Shown: positions 46,861 through 55,919 of the stretch, piece after piece
Position numbering within the stretch: the first letter of the stretch is position 1
Layout: every line of letters begins with the position of its first letter
Virus record (IMG/VR): IMGVR_UViG_3300012973_001074
Coordinates: 32,001-96,000 of that record
Length of the DNA stretch: 64,000 nt
DNA from: a virus
Taxonomy: Duplodnaviria > Caudoviricetes
Direction: 5' to 3' (one strand)
Position numbers and translations under genes: made by a program
The notes under the pieces: model-generated
What the model was told of the DNA's origin: nothing
The model's input: only the letters and a program-made list of their open reading frames with translations
The model's database searches: none

Positions 46861-47214
46861 ATGGCGATGGAGACGAAGGATGCGAGGTACGAGGTCCTGG
46901 CGGCGCGCGCGGCGGAGCTGGCGCTTCCGAGGTGCTTCGAGACGGACCTTACGATGCACGACCGCGCGTGCCTCGCGTCGAACCCGGTGGGCCGGCGCTT
47001 CCTCTGGGCCATCGGCGAGTCGGGCACGACCCTCGTGTGGCTCGACCCGGCGCGTCTCGTCACGGAGCGGCTGGACATCGCGGTCGGCAACCCGGTCAAG
47101 GCTCGGTCGCTCGTGCGGACGCTCGCCGAGTTTCGGCCCGAGCTGCACTACTGGGACGGCGAGAAGCTCGAGCCCATCACCGCGGAGCGCGCTGTCGCGC
47201 TGCTCGCGGCCTGA
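46861..47214 (+). CDS. Hypothetical phage/plasmid protein
   Basis: GAGGGAG SD; DLTMHDR..FLWAIGESGTTL..HYWDG. Confidence 0.65.
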   Translation: MAMETKDARYEVLAARAAELALPRCFETDLTMHDRACLASNPVGRRFLWAIGESGTTLVWLDPARLVTERLDIAVGNPVKARSLVRTLAEFRPELHYWDGEKLEPITAERAVALLAA

Positions 47215-47224
47215 GGAGGACGAC

Positions 47225-47338
47225 ATGAAGACGACGAAGGCATCGCGCGCGAGCAAGGTGCCGCGCGCTACGCGCAAGGGGCTCGCAGCGCACGACAAGC
47301 TCATCGCTCGCGTGCGCCGCATCGGGAGGACGTCGTGA
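47225..47338 (+). CDS. Very small basic protein (37 aa)
   Basis: GAGGAGG SD + ATG; GTGA coupling to the next gene. Confidence 0.45.
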   Translation: MKTTKASRASKVPRATRKGLAAHDKLIARVRRIGRTS

Positions 47339-47544
47339 TCTCGATCGGTGGCATGACGTTCGACGAGGCGGGACCGCCGGAGCCGGCTGCGCCGGAGACG
47401 TTCGAGCCGGTCGAGGTCGCCTACCGCGTCCCGGGTCACGCCCCGAAACGGAAGGTCTGCAAGACGCGGCGGGCGCTCGACGCGCTGCTTGCCAAGCTCG
47501 AAGACGAGGGCGGCGAAACGCTCGCGTTCGCGAGGCTCTCGTGA
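47335..47544 (+). CDS. Hypothetical protein (69 aa)
   Basis: Coupled starts/stops on both sides. Confidence 0.5.
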   Translation: MISIGGMTFDEAGPPEPAAPETFEPVEVAYRVPGHAPKRKVCKTRRALDALLAKLEDEGGETLAFARLS

Positions 47545-47672
47545 TGACCGACGAACAGCTGCAGCTGCTCGCCTCGCTCGGCGAGGCGAGGTCGGCGCTC
47601 GCGGCGCTTGCTCGTCGCAGCGCGGAGGTGGCGGATGAGGACGAAGACACGGAGAACCCCGACGATGAGTGA
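47544..47672 (+). CDS. Very small acidic protein (42 aa, MTDEQLQLLASL...)
   Basis: TGATG coupling; below the ORF-track size cut-off. Confidence 0.4.
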   Translation: MTDEQLQLLASLGEARSALAALARRSAEVADEDEDTENPDDE

Positions 47673-48468
47673 CGAGACGACGACGGCGCGAACGCCGAAC
47701 GCCTGGGAACAGAAGGTCGCGGCGCGGCTCGACCGCCTCCGCGCGTACGCCGAGCGAAAGCGGGCCGAAGGCACCGCGCTCGTCGAGCGCGCGCACAGGA
47801 TGGCGGAGGTGATCCCGTTCGGACAGCCGATCCTGGTCGGCCACTACAGCGAGCGCCGCGATCGGCGGTACCGCGGACGCATCGAGGGGAAGTTTCGTAA
47901 GGGCTTCGAGACGCTCGCGGAGGCGCGGGACATCGAGCGGCGCGTCGCTGCCGCGGAGGCGAACACCGCGATCTCCAGCGACGACCCGAACGCACTCGAC
48001 AAGCTGCGCGCGAAGCTCGCGGAGCACGAGAGGCAGCACTCCGTCGTGCTCGACGTCAACAAGCGGCTCCGCAAGGGCGCCACGATCGGGGACGTCGCAC
48101 CGCTGCTCGATTGGTGGGAGGCGCCCGAACGACGGCTGCAGATCATCATGTCGATGGGGCACCGGACCATCCCGGTGACCAACAGCAGCGCGGAGACGCG
48201 GCGCATCAAGGCCCGCATCGCGGAGTTGGAAGCCCGAGCAGTGCGCGCGCCGCGCGAGCCGCAGCACTTCGGTTCGGTGACGGTCGAGGAGGGCGACAAT
48301 CGCGTGCGCCTCGTCTTCCCGGGCAAGCCTCTCGCCGAGGTCCGATCACTGCTCAAGTCTCATGGCTTCCGGTGGTCGCCGACGGCGGAGGCGTGGCAGC
48401 GCCGCGCGTCACCCGGTGCATGGGAGCTCGCTGTCACGCTCGCAAAGCAGATCGGAGGTGCAGCATGA
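47665..48468 (+). CDS. DUF3560-domain protein
   Basis: IPFGQPILVGHYSERRDRR, ISSDDPNA, RVRLVFPGKP..LKSHGFRWSP..AWQR. Confidence 0.85.
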   Translation: MSDETTTARTPNAWEQKVAARLDRLRAYAERKRAEGTALVERAHRMAEVIPFGQPILVGHYSERRDRRYRGRIEGKFRKGFETLAEARDIERRVAAAEANTAISSDDPNALDKLRAKLAEHERQHSVVLDVNKRLRKGATIGDVAPLLDWWEAPERRLQIIMSMGHRTIPVTNSSAETRRIKARIAELEARAVRAPREPQHFGSVTVEEGDNRVRLVFPGKPLAEVRSLLKSHGFRWSPTAEAWQRRASPGAWELAVTLAKQIGGAA

Positions 48469-48743
48469 CGCGCCTGCTCGTCGTCCTGGAGTTCGACGAC
48501 GGAGACCCTCTCGACGCGTACGACGTGGTCGACCGCGTGCTCGACGCGGGGACCTTCCAAGACGCGATCGCCGAGTACGCGGAGGACGCGGGCCGACCCG
48601 TCGCGGTGACGTCCGCCGTCGTCAGCTTCGCGCCGGACGAGCCGGAGCCCTCGCACGACGGCGGCTGCGGCGCGTTCATCGGGGCGGTCCTGCACGATGC
48701 CGCGCTTGAAGCGAAGGAGCGGGGAGGGGGCGATCGCGAATGA
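48465..48743 (+). CDS. Hypothetical acidic protein
   Basis: GGAGG SD, ATGA overlaps at both ends. Confidence 0.55.
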   Translation: MTRLLVVLEFDDGDPLDAYDVVDRVLDAGTFQDAIAEYAEDAGRPVAVTSAVVSFAPDEPEPSHDGGCGAFIGAVLHDAALEAKERGGGDRE

Positions 48744-49663
48744 ACGCCAGCACCCTGCGAGACATACGCCTGCGCGCGCTGCTCGGGCAGGCGCTGCCGG
48801 TCGAGGACCTCGTGCCCGTGCTCGAAGATGTCGAGGACGCGTTGAACGAGGCCAACGTGGACGAAACCGATGACCTCGTCGGCGCCGTCGAGAATGTGAG
48901 GGAGCTTCGCGAGGAGCGCACGAGGCTCGAGGTTCAGATCGAGGCGCTAGAAGCGGACATCGACGAGCTGAAGGCGCGACTCGCGCAGCTCTCACCGACG
49001 GCGGCAGGCGAGACCACGCCGAAGCTCGCGCCGGTCATCGCGCTCGACAGTCGGCGGCCGCTCGCTCGGCCGTCGGCGCCGTACCGCGGTAAGCCTGCGC
49101 CGGTGATCCGCGTCTCGTTCGGAAGCGGGCACCGCGCCTACTCTCAACGTGCGGCCCGTCAGACCGCGTACGCGCTCTACCAGCGGGCCTCGGACCTCGA
49201 CGAGGACCCGGAACGTCTCGTCGAGGCCGAGCACATGTACCTTGAGGCGATCGCGCTCGACCCGAGGCTCGCGTGCGCGCTAACGAACCTCGGCAACGTC
49301 CGGTACCGCAGGGGGTTCCTGAGCGAGGCGACGGACCTATACCTGCAGGCCCTCGCGCTCGACGACAACCAGCCCGAGGCCCACTACAACCTGGGCTACG
49401 TCTCGATCGAGCAGGGCAAGCTCGACGCCGCGGTGAAGTGCCTCCGCAAGGCCGTCGCGCTCGACGCGGCTTTCGCCGACGCACACTTCAATCTCGCGGT
49501 GGCGCTCGATCAGCTCGGGCGACGTCGCACCGCGCGCCAGCACTGGAAGCGCTACCTGGACCTCGAGCCGGTCGGCGAGCACGGCGACTTCGCGCGAGAC
49601 CAGCTTGGAAGGGTCCGCGTCGTCCGCGGGCGCTCACGCAAGACGAAGCAGACCGCAACCTGA
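48740..49663 (+). CDS. Coiled-coil + tetratricopeptide repeat protein
   Basis: ALTNLG, AHYNLG, AHFNLA TPR signatures. Confidence 0.85.
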   Translation: MNASTLRDIRLRALLGQALPVEDLVPVLEDVEDALNEANVDETDDLVGAVENVRELREERTRLEVQIEALEADIDELKARLAQLSPTAAGETTPKLAPVIALDSRRPLARPSAPYRGKPAPVIRVSFGSGHRAYSQRAARQTAYALYQRASDLDEDPERLVEAEHMYLEAIALDPRLACALTNLGNVRYRRGFLSEATDLYLQALALDDNQPEAHYNLGYVSIEQGKLDAAVKCLRKAVALDAAFADAHFNLAVALDQLGRRRTARQHWKRYLDLEPVGEHGDFARDQLGRVRVVRGRSRKTKQTAT

Positions 49664-49673
49664 AGGAGAGACC

Positions 49674-50363
49674 ATGTTCACGATCACCACGTCGACGACC
49701 GACTTGATCCGCTACCTGAAGACCGCGCTCATTGCGGCGAGTAGGGACGAAACGCGTCAGCCGCTCTGCGCCGTCCAGCTCTTCGTCACCGCCGACAGCA
49801 AGGCCGCCGTCGCGGCGACGGACGGACACTGCGCCGTCGTGATCCAGCTCCTGGGAGCCCAGGTCGACGGCTCGGGGCAGGCGCACTTGCTCCGGTCGGA
49901 CATCGAACGCCTCGTGAAGAGCGCGCCGAAGAGAGACGACCCGAACGCGCGCGAGACCAAGATCGAACGGACTGCGGACATCGTCACGGTCACCATGGGG
50001 GCGTCGACGATGCAGCTTCGCGTGCCGGACGTGCAGTCCCCGCCGCTTGCCGAGGTCCTGCCGCGCGAGGTCTACCAGGAGATCCCGCCGCCGGTGCTCT
50101 CGCACGACATGCACGAGCAGATCGCGAAATCACTCTCGGCGATCTCGCCGCGGGCGAAGGACTCGGCCATCCAGGTGTACGCGACGAGCGCCGACGACCC
50201 GAGGCACGCGCCAGCGGCGATCATCGCGTCAGACATCCCCGAGCTGCTCTTCGTTGCCATGCCGATGCGCGAGCCCAAGAAGCGTCCCTGGCAGCTGCCG
50301 CGGCTCGGGAGCTTCCGAGAGCTCCTCACTCCTCCGTCGAAGAGCGCAGCGAAGGCGGCCTGA
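49674..50363 (+). CDS. DNA polymerase III beta-clamp-like protein (short)
   Basis: AASRDETRQPLCAV, AATDGH, C-terminal VAMPMR. Confidence 0.65.
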   Translation: MFTITTSTTDLIRYLKTALIAASRDETRQPLCAVQLFVTADSKAAVAATDGHCAVVIQLLGAQVDGSGQAHLLRSDIERLVKSAPKRDDPNARETKIERTADIVTVTMGASTMQLRVPDVQSPPLAEVLPREVYQEIPPPVLSHDMHEQIAKSLSAISPRAKDSAIQVYATSADDPRHAPAAIIASDIPELLFVAMPMREPKKRPWQLPRLGSFRELLTPPSKSAAKAA

Positions 50364-50412
50364 CGAAATGCGCAACCAGGGAGCTCACCGCTCTCTTTTT
50401 TGCGGCGCTCGC

Positions 50413-50448
50413 GTTGACAATCGTCAACACTAAATGCCAATTGGCATT
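50413..50448 (+). promoter_or_regulatory. Promoter/operator: TTGACA within GTTGAC-N4-GTCAAC, plus perfect palindrome AATGCCAATTGGCATT
   Basis: Directly upstream of the RHH gene. Confidence 0.65.
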
Positions 50449-50463
50449 CGCGCGGAGTCTCCG

Positions 50464-50682
50464 ATGAGCACGAAACAGATCACGGTGAAGGTCAGCACGA
50501 GCATCGTCGAACGCGCGGACGACCTGCGCGAATACCTCACTGAAGAGAGCGGGATCGAGATGCGGCGCGCGGACGTGCTCCGGCGCGCGCTGTCTCTCGG
50601 CCTGCGCCAGCTCGCGCAGCGACGTCGTGATGGGGCACGCGCGCTGCAGCCTGGCGAAGCAGACGACGAGGCCGCCAGCTAG
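50464..50682 (+). CDS. Ribbon-helix-helix regulator
   Basis: KQITVKVS beta-ribbon, then helices with RADVLRRAL. Confidence 0.7.
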   Translation: MSTKQITVKVSTSIVERADDLREYLTEESGIEMRRADVLRRALSLGLRQLAQRRRDGARALQPGEADDEAAS

Positions 50683-50765
50683 CGCGGCCTCCGCACGAGA
50701 GACGAGACAACGCCCATCACCGATTGGTGATCGTGCGCCATGGGGCGACGGAGGAAAGGTGTATC

Positions 50766-52631
50766 ATGCAAGAGACGAAGATTAACTGGACCGAGCATTC
50801 ATGGAACCCGGTCAGCGGCTGCACGAAAGTGAGTGAGGAGTGCAAGCACTGCCTCGACCCATCGACACCGATTCTCTACGCCGACTTGACGTGGCGACCA
50901 ATCGGCGATGCGCGCGTCGGGGACGAGTTGCTCGCCTTCGACGAACATTCGCTCGACGGTCAGCAGCGCGCGTTCCGAACGACGCGTATCAAGGCGGTAT
51001 GGGCGTCCACAAGACCGCGCGTCCGCATCGTCACGCGCCAGTCCGACATTGTTACGACCGGCGAACACCGCTGGCTTGTGACGAACGGAGGCCGGACCCC
51101 GTGGCGGGACACGAACCACCTGTACCGCGGGAACATTCTGCGCTGGCTCGGCGACAGCGAGAGCCCGAAAGAGACCAGCGATTATCGGCGCGGCTACCTC
51201 GCCGGCATGACGATGGGCGACGGGACGTACCGCTTCGACCCGAGCCGCGCACGCTCGGAGCAACCGCAGCCGTACTGGCGAGTCGCGCTCATCGATCACG
51301 AGGCGATCGGTCGACTCGTCTCGTACCTGGCGTCGTTCGGCATCGAAGCCCATTCGCGGCCGTTTACGCAGAACATGTCGTGCGTCGAGCTTCGGAGCAT
51401 GGGCAAGCTCGCGTTGATCGACCCGCTTCTGACCCACGACGACCAGACGACGGAGTTCGCGCGTGGCTACGTAGCCGGCTTCTTCGACTCTGAGGGCTCT
51501 TTCAGCGCGGGCAACATCCGCCTTTGTCAGAAGGACCCGAACGTCCTCGCCCGCGTGACGCGCTACATCGCGCGTCTTGGGTTCGCCTGCTGTCTCGAGA
51601 GTAACGGCACGGCGGAGGGCGGACCGATCAACATCATTCGCGTTCCGGGCGGAATCGTCGACCAGATGCGGTTTCTGTCGACCATCCAGCCGGCGATCAG
51701 GCGCAAGCTCGCGCCCGCGCTCGACGGCGCGAAGCTTCGGTCCGACCTGACTGAGGTGATCCTTACCGAGAAGGCCGGTACCGGCGACGTCGTGGACATC
51801 GAGACGGAGAGCCATACGTTCTTCGCGGCCGGAGTCGCGACGCACAACTGCTACGCCGAGACGCTCGCCGAGAACCGCCGCGGGACGCCCGCGTTCCCGA
51901 ACGGATTCGACATCACGCTGAGGCCTTGGAAGCTCGGCGAACCGCGGAAGATCAAGCGCGGCTCGCTGATCTTCACGAACAGCACGTCGGACCTGTTCCA
52001 CGAAAAGATCCCCGACGAGTATCGCGACCAGGTCCTCGACGTCATCGAGTCGACGCCGCATCACCGCTATCAGGTCCTCACGAAGAGGCCCGAGATTGCC
52101 GCGCGCTTCGCCAAGCGCCGGGCGCTCCCGCGCAACATCTGGCTCGGCGTCACCGTCGGCCACGCCAAGCGCGTCGAGCGGATCGACATCCTCCGGAGCA
52201 TCGACGCACACGTTCGCTTCATCTCGGCGGAGCCGCTCCTCACGGACCTGCCGAAGCTCGACCTCCGCGGGATTCACTGGCTCATCTCGGGTGGCGAAAG
52301 CGGCGCGCACCTGAGCGACGCGAAGGTGATGGCGCGCCGCGGGCTCGTCATGCGCGGAGAGGTGGGCGAGCCGCGTTGGGTCCCGAGGCTCGATCGGTAC
52401 GGCTGGATCGCCTCGCTCCGCGACCAGTGCGTCGCCGCGGGCGTCGCCTACTGGTTCAAGCAGTGGGGCGGACCGCGGCCCGAGTCCGGCGGGCGGGTGC
52501 TCGAGGGCCGGACCTGGGAGGAGCTGCCGACGTTCATCGCGGGCGCCATGCCGGACAACTACCAACATCGGGCCGAGCTCAAACGAGACCACGTGAAGGC
52601 GGGCAAGCTGCAGCTCCCGCTCGTGCAGTGA
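50766..52631 (+). CDS. Phage Gp37/Gp68 (DUF5131) radical-SAM-like protein containing an intein
   Basis: INWTEHSWNPVSGCTKVSEECKH|CYA, IFTNSTSDLFH, YQVLTKRP, FISAEPLL, GGESG, FKQWGG. Confidence 0.92.
   Translation: MQETKINWTEHSWNPVSGCTKVSEECKHCLDPSTPILYADLTWRPIGDARVGDELLAFDEHSLDGQQRAFRTTRIKAVWASTRPRVRIVTRQSDIVTTGEHRWLVTNGGRTPWRDTNHLYRGNILRWLGDSESPKETSDYRRGYLAGMTMGDGTYRFDPSRARSEQPQPYWRVALIDHEAIGRLVSYLASFGIEAHSRPFTQNMSCVELRSMGKLALIDPLLTHDDQTTEFARGYVAGFFDSEGSFSAGNIRLCQKDPNVLARVTRYIARLGFACCLESNGTAEGGPINIIRVPGGIVDQMRFLSTIQPAIRRKLAPALDGAKLRSDLTEVILTEKAGTGDVVDIETESHTFFAAGVATHNCYAETLAENRRGTPAFPNGFDITLRPWKLGEPRKIKRGSLIFTNSTSDLFHEKIPDEYRDQVLDVIESTPHHRYQVLTKRPEIAARFAKRRALPRNIWLGVTVGHAKRVERIDILRSIDAHVRFISAEPLLTDLPKLDLRGIHWLISGGESGAHLSDAKVMARRGLVMRGEVGEPRWVPRLDRYGWIASLRDQCVAAGVAYWFKQWGGPRPESGGRVLEGRTWEELPTFIAGAMPDNYQHRAELKRDHVKAGKLQLPLVQ
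50850..51848 (+). mobile_element. Intein with LAGLIDADG homing endonuclease (333 aa)
   Basis: N-terminal CLDPSTPIL, block B TGEHRW, YLAGMTMGDG and YVAGFFDSEG, C-terminal VVDIET..THN followed by Cys. Confidence 0.93.
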
Positions 52632-52809
52632 TGGCCGGTGCTCACGAGCACGAAAGCCAGGGCGGAGACGCCTGCAGAGCAGGCGACGACGGCACGTGCG
52701 CTGAGTGCGGGGTCGCGCTCGTCCGCTGCGAGGCCTGCGGCGGCACGGGCTACCACCGCGACGACTGCGAGCTCGGCGACGAGGAATCAACCAGGACGAA
52801 GGAGACATC

Positions 52810-54363
52810 ATGGGAATCACGCGACTTGAGATCAGAAACTACCGGGGCGTTGCCGCACTTGAGGTCCAGGTGCCCGAGCACGGGGCCGTGGCGAGCGGCG
52901 CGACGGGAAGAGGGAAGACGACCATCCTCCGGGCCATTCGCGCCGCGCTCGAAGCGCAGGACATCGGAGCGGATGCGATCCGACAGGGGACGGACCGCGC
53001 CGAGATCACGGTCGACCTCGATGACGTTAGCGTGCGCCGAGTGATTGGACCGCTACGCTCGTCTGTATCGGTCACGAGGCACGGCGCCGACGGCAAGGAC
53101 TCGAAGGAGAAGCCGAAGGAGTTCCTCCAGAACCTGCTCGGAACGAGCTCGCTCGATCCGTTGGAGCTCTACGTCGCGAAGCCGAAGGAGCGGCGCGCGA
53201 GGATCCTCGGCGCGCTCCCGATCACGGTCACGCTCGCCGATCTCCAGAAGTACGCCCCGGACTTGCCAGCCGACTTCGACGTCTCCGGCCATGGGCTTGA
53301 GGTCCTCGAACGCGCGCGCAAGCGCTACTACGATCTGCGGACGGTCGCGAACCGTGAGGCCACCGACGCGAAGCAGGCGGCGGCGGACTTCGCAGCGCAG
53401 GTCTCGAAGGCTACGCCCGACGTGCCCGGGGTCACCGTCGACGGAGCGCGAACGACGGCAGACGAGGCGAACGCGAAGCTCGTAGCCCTCCACACGCAAG
53501 CGCAGAACGCCGCGGCCGCCGAGGCTCGGTCGCAGGCGACCCGGGCGCGCATAGACAAGCTCCGCGCCGACGCGGCATCGATCGGTGATCCGGACGGGCC
53601 GACCGAGGAAGCCGTCGCAGACGCGAAGAAGGACTTCGACGAACGCGCCGCGCGCGTCCTCGCGCTCGAGGCGGCGCTGGCCATCGCACGCAGTGAGCAG
53701 GCGTCCGCCCGCATCGCCTACGAGCAAACGCTCGGGGACCGGCAGGCGGCGGCGGCGGCGAAGGAGAAGGCCGGCGCGCTGAGGGCCCAGGCCGACGAGC
53801 TCGAAGCGGCCATCGGCGCCCTCGCTCCCGCGCCGGCACCCGAGGCCATCGCGCACGCGGAGGCGCAGCTCGCCGAGGCCCAGGCCGCGGTCGAAGTGGC
53901 GAAGGAGATCGAGCGGGCGCGCGCGCTCCGCAAGATGGCGCTCGACGCCAGCAAGGCGCTTGCCGAGGCCGAGGCGAAGGCCGAGGCGCTCGACAAGACG
54001 GTGAAGGCGCTGACGGTAGAAGCTCCCGCGGAGCTCCTCGCGACCGGCAACGCGATCCCGGGCCTGTCGCTCGAAGGCGACGAGGTCCTGCTCGACGGCA
54101 AGCGGCTCGACGCGCTCTGCGGGGCTGAGCAGCTCGAGTTCGCGGTGGAGATCGCGCGACGAGCGAACGCGCGCTCGAAGATCCTCATCGTCGATGGGCT
54201 GGAGCGCCTCGATCCGGAGGCTTACGCGCGGTTCGTGCGGAAAGCGACCGCGGATGGGTACCAGCTGATTGGCACGCGGGTCGCCGCCGGGGACATCGTC
54301 ATCGAGGCGATCACGCCCGATACGTTGGAATGCGAGATCGAACGAGACGTTGCGGCAGGATGA
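52810..54363 (+). CDS. SbcC/Rad50/SMC-like ATPase
   Basis: ITRLEIRNYRGV, GATGRGKTT, long coiled coil, LCGAEQ signature, LIVDGLERLD. Confidence 0.85.
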   Translation: MGITRLEIRNYRGVAALEVQVPEHGAVASGATGRGKTTILRAIRAALEAQDIGADAIRQGTDRAEITVDLDDVSVRRVIGPLRSSVSVTRHGADGKDSKEKPKEFLQNLLGTSSLDPLELYVAKPKERRARILGALPITVTLADLQKYAPDLPADFDVSGHGLEVLERARKRYYDLRTVANREATDAKQAAADFAAQVSKATPDVPGVTVDGARTTADEANAKLVALHTQAQNAAAAEARSQATRARIDKLRADAASIGDPDGPTEEAVADAKKDFDERAARVLALEAALAIARSEQASARIAYEQTLGDRQAAAAAKEKAGALRAQADELEAAIGALAPAPAPEAIAHAEAQLAEAQAAVEVAKEIERARALRKMALDASKALAEAEAKAEALDKTVKALTVEAPAELLATGNAIPGLSLEGDEVLLDGKRLDALCGAEQLEFAVEIARRANARSKILIVDGLERLDPEAYARFVRKATADGYQLIGTRVAAGDIVIEAITPDTLECEIERDVAAG

Positions 54364-54386
54364 CGCTATACAGCGGCACGGTACAA

Positions 54387-54947
54387 ATGCACAAGGCTCG
54401 GCCCCGCCATCTCCGTTGGTTCACGCTCTTCATCCTGTCGATTGGCTGCAGTCGGTCGCCCACCTCTGCAGCTGACGCGTCCGCCTCGTCGTCCGCGGAT
54501 GCCGACCCGAGACTGCGCTCCTATTCGAACTCGCTGGCGTACTTCCAGAACGACCGACTCCTACGTTGTGCGGACATCAAGATGGAGGTCCGCCTTAATG
54601 ACGATGCTGGGCTCGAGTTCTGGGAGACCATCGAAGCCGAGCGAAAGGCGTCCCTCGAAGGGCTAGAGAAGGGGATCGGAGGGACGCCGATCAAGGGCAC
54701 CTGCGCCGAGAACTTCGGTGACCGAGTTGTGCTCGGCGAGTGCACGATGGAGAAGAGCGGGTCGAGTACTGCGCGCACCGGCACCATGAACATGCACATC
54801 GCGGAGTACACGTTTGCCCGCGTCGGCGCCTCCGATCAGGGCATGCAGGAGTGCCTCAAGCTGAAGGGGCAGTGGAAGGCGACGGTCAGCCGCGGATCGC
54901 CGGAATGGGCCAAGGCGAAGGCCGAGCACGAGAACGTGCCCAAGTGA
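54387..54947 (+). CDS. Putative lipoprotein
   Basis: FTLFILSIGC lipobox; several Cys. Confidence 0.6.
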   Translation: MHKARPRHLRWFTLFILSIGCSRSPTSAADASASSSADADPRLRSYSNSLAYFQNDRLLRCADIKMEVRLNDDAGLEFWETIEAERKASLEGLEKGIGGTPIKGTCAENFGDRVVLGECTMEKSGSSTARTGTMNMHIAEYTFARVGASDQGMQECLKLKGQWKATVSRGSPEWAKAKAEHENVPK

Positions 54948-55275
54948 GGAGCATGTGGCGCGCGCAGCGTTCCCCCGGCGGGGGAGCTGCGGTGCATCCT
55001 TACTTGACGATGTCGGGCGCCGGCGCGGGAACGCCCGCCAAGCGATCCAAGGTGGTGCGTTGCTTGGCAGGGATCGTTCTCGGAGACCGCAACAAGCTGC
55101 GCCGTGCGCGCGGATGTGGGCGAGCCTGATCCGCAATGCGCCGCAATGCGTGGCAGCCGACGGTTGCCGGCGAAGCAGAGCGAGTGGTGTGAGATTGGTG
55201 TTCACGACGCGCCGATCTCGCTGCTCTCGCGCTTTTCCTCGGGCGGGTGGGCGCGGGTGCCGTAGCATCGGAAGC

Positions 55276-55779
55276 ATGCGGGGATGGCTTGTCGGCGCGC
55301 TGGTCGCAGTAGTCGTCGGGTGCAGCAAGTCGGACGCGACCACGAAGGCTGCGCCGTCGGCCACTTCGGCGCCGGTCACACCGGGACCGTCCCTCTCCGC
55401 GGTACAGGCCGAGACTCGCGCTGCTCAGGCGACGACGCCGCCGATCGAGAACTTGAGGGCCGACGTTCGGAAGCTCCTTCCGGAACTGCGACAGCAGCTC
55501 GCCGCCGGGAAGGTGAAGGCTCGAGGGAGCGACGCGACTTGCACGCGCGACCTCGTCGCGCGGCAGAGGCGACTTCATGAGCTTCGGGCGTCCGTCTTGC
55601 CCACAACCGAAACGTGGGGGGCGTGGGACGCACCGCAGTTCGAGATCGCCGGCAAGTGCGATGAGGCGATCGTGGAGCTTTTGATCTGCGTCTCGTGTGA
55701 TGAGCGCCAAGGTCCGCGGTCGTGCGGTAGCGCCGCCAGGGCGCTCGGAGAGCTCGAGGGGATGCTCGCCGCCAAGTAG
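55276..55779 (+). CDS. Putative Cys-rich lipoprotein
   Basis: MRGWLVGALVAVVVGC lipobox. Confidence 0.65.
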   Translation: MRGWLVGALVAVVVGCSKSDATTKAAPSATSAPVTPGPSLSAVQAETRAAQATTPPIENLRADVRKLLPELRQQLAAGKVKARGSDATCTRDLVARQRRLHELRASVLPTTETWGAWDAPQFEIAGKCDEAIVELLICVSCDERQGPRSCGSAARALGELEGMLAAK

Positions 55780-55919
55780 CCCGCCGGCTGAGGTGACTTG
55801 GGCGCGAACTCAGGGACTTCCTTCCCGTGTGAACCAGCCTAGCTGGGGCAGAGCGCTGCGCGGTAGCGGCGCTGGATCCGCAGTCTCCTCCGCGCCGTCC
55901 CGTGGATGGCCGTTGCGCG

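Larger units (their letters stand above)
1..55779. mobile_element. Myovirus-like prophage (left boundary outside window; right boundary uncertain, ~55.8-60.5 kb)
   Basis: Syntenic terminase-portal-MuF-protease-capsid-neck-sheath-tube-tape measure-baseplate genes on the minus strand, and divergent small phage-type early genes on the plus strand. Confidence 0.9.

Noticed and set aside
52631-53044. Zn-finger-like ORF (CAEC/CEAC) after DUF5131
   Set aside because: Plausible coupled start, but it overlaps the SbcC-like gene by over 230 bp; too uncertain to call
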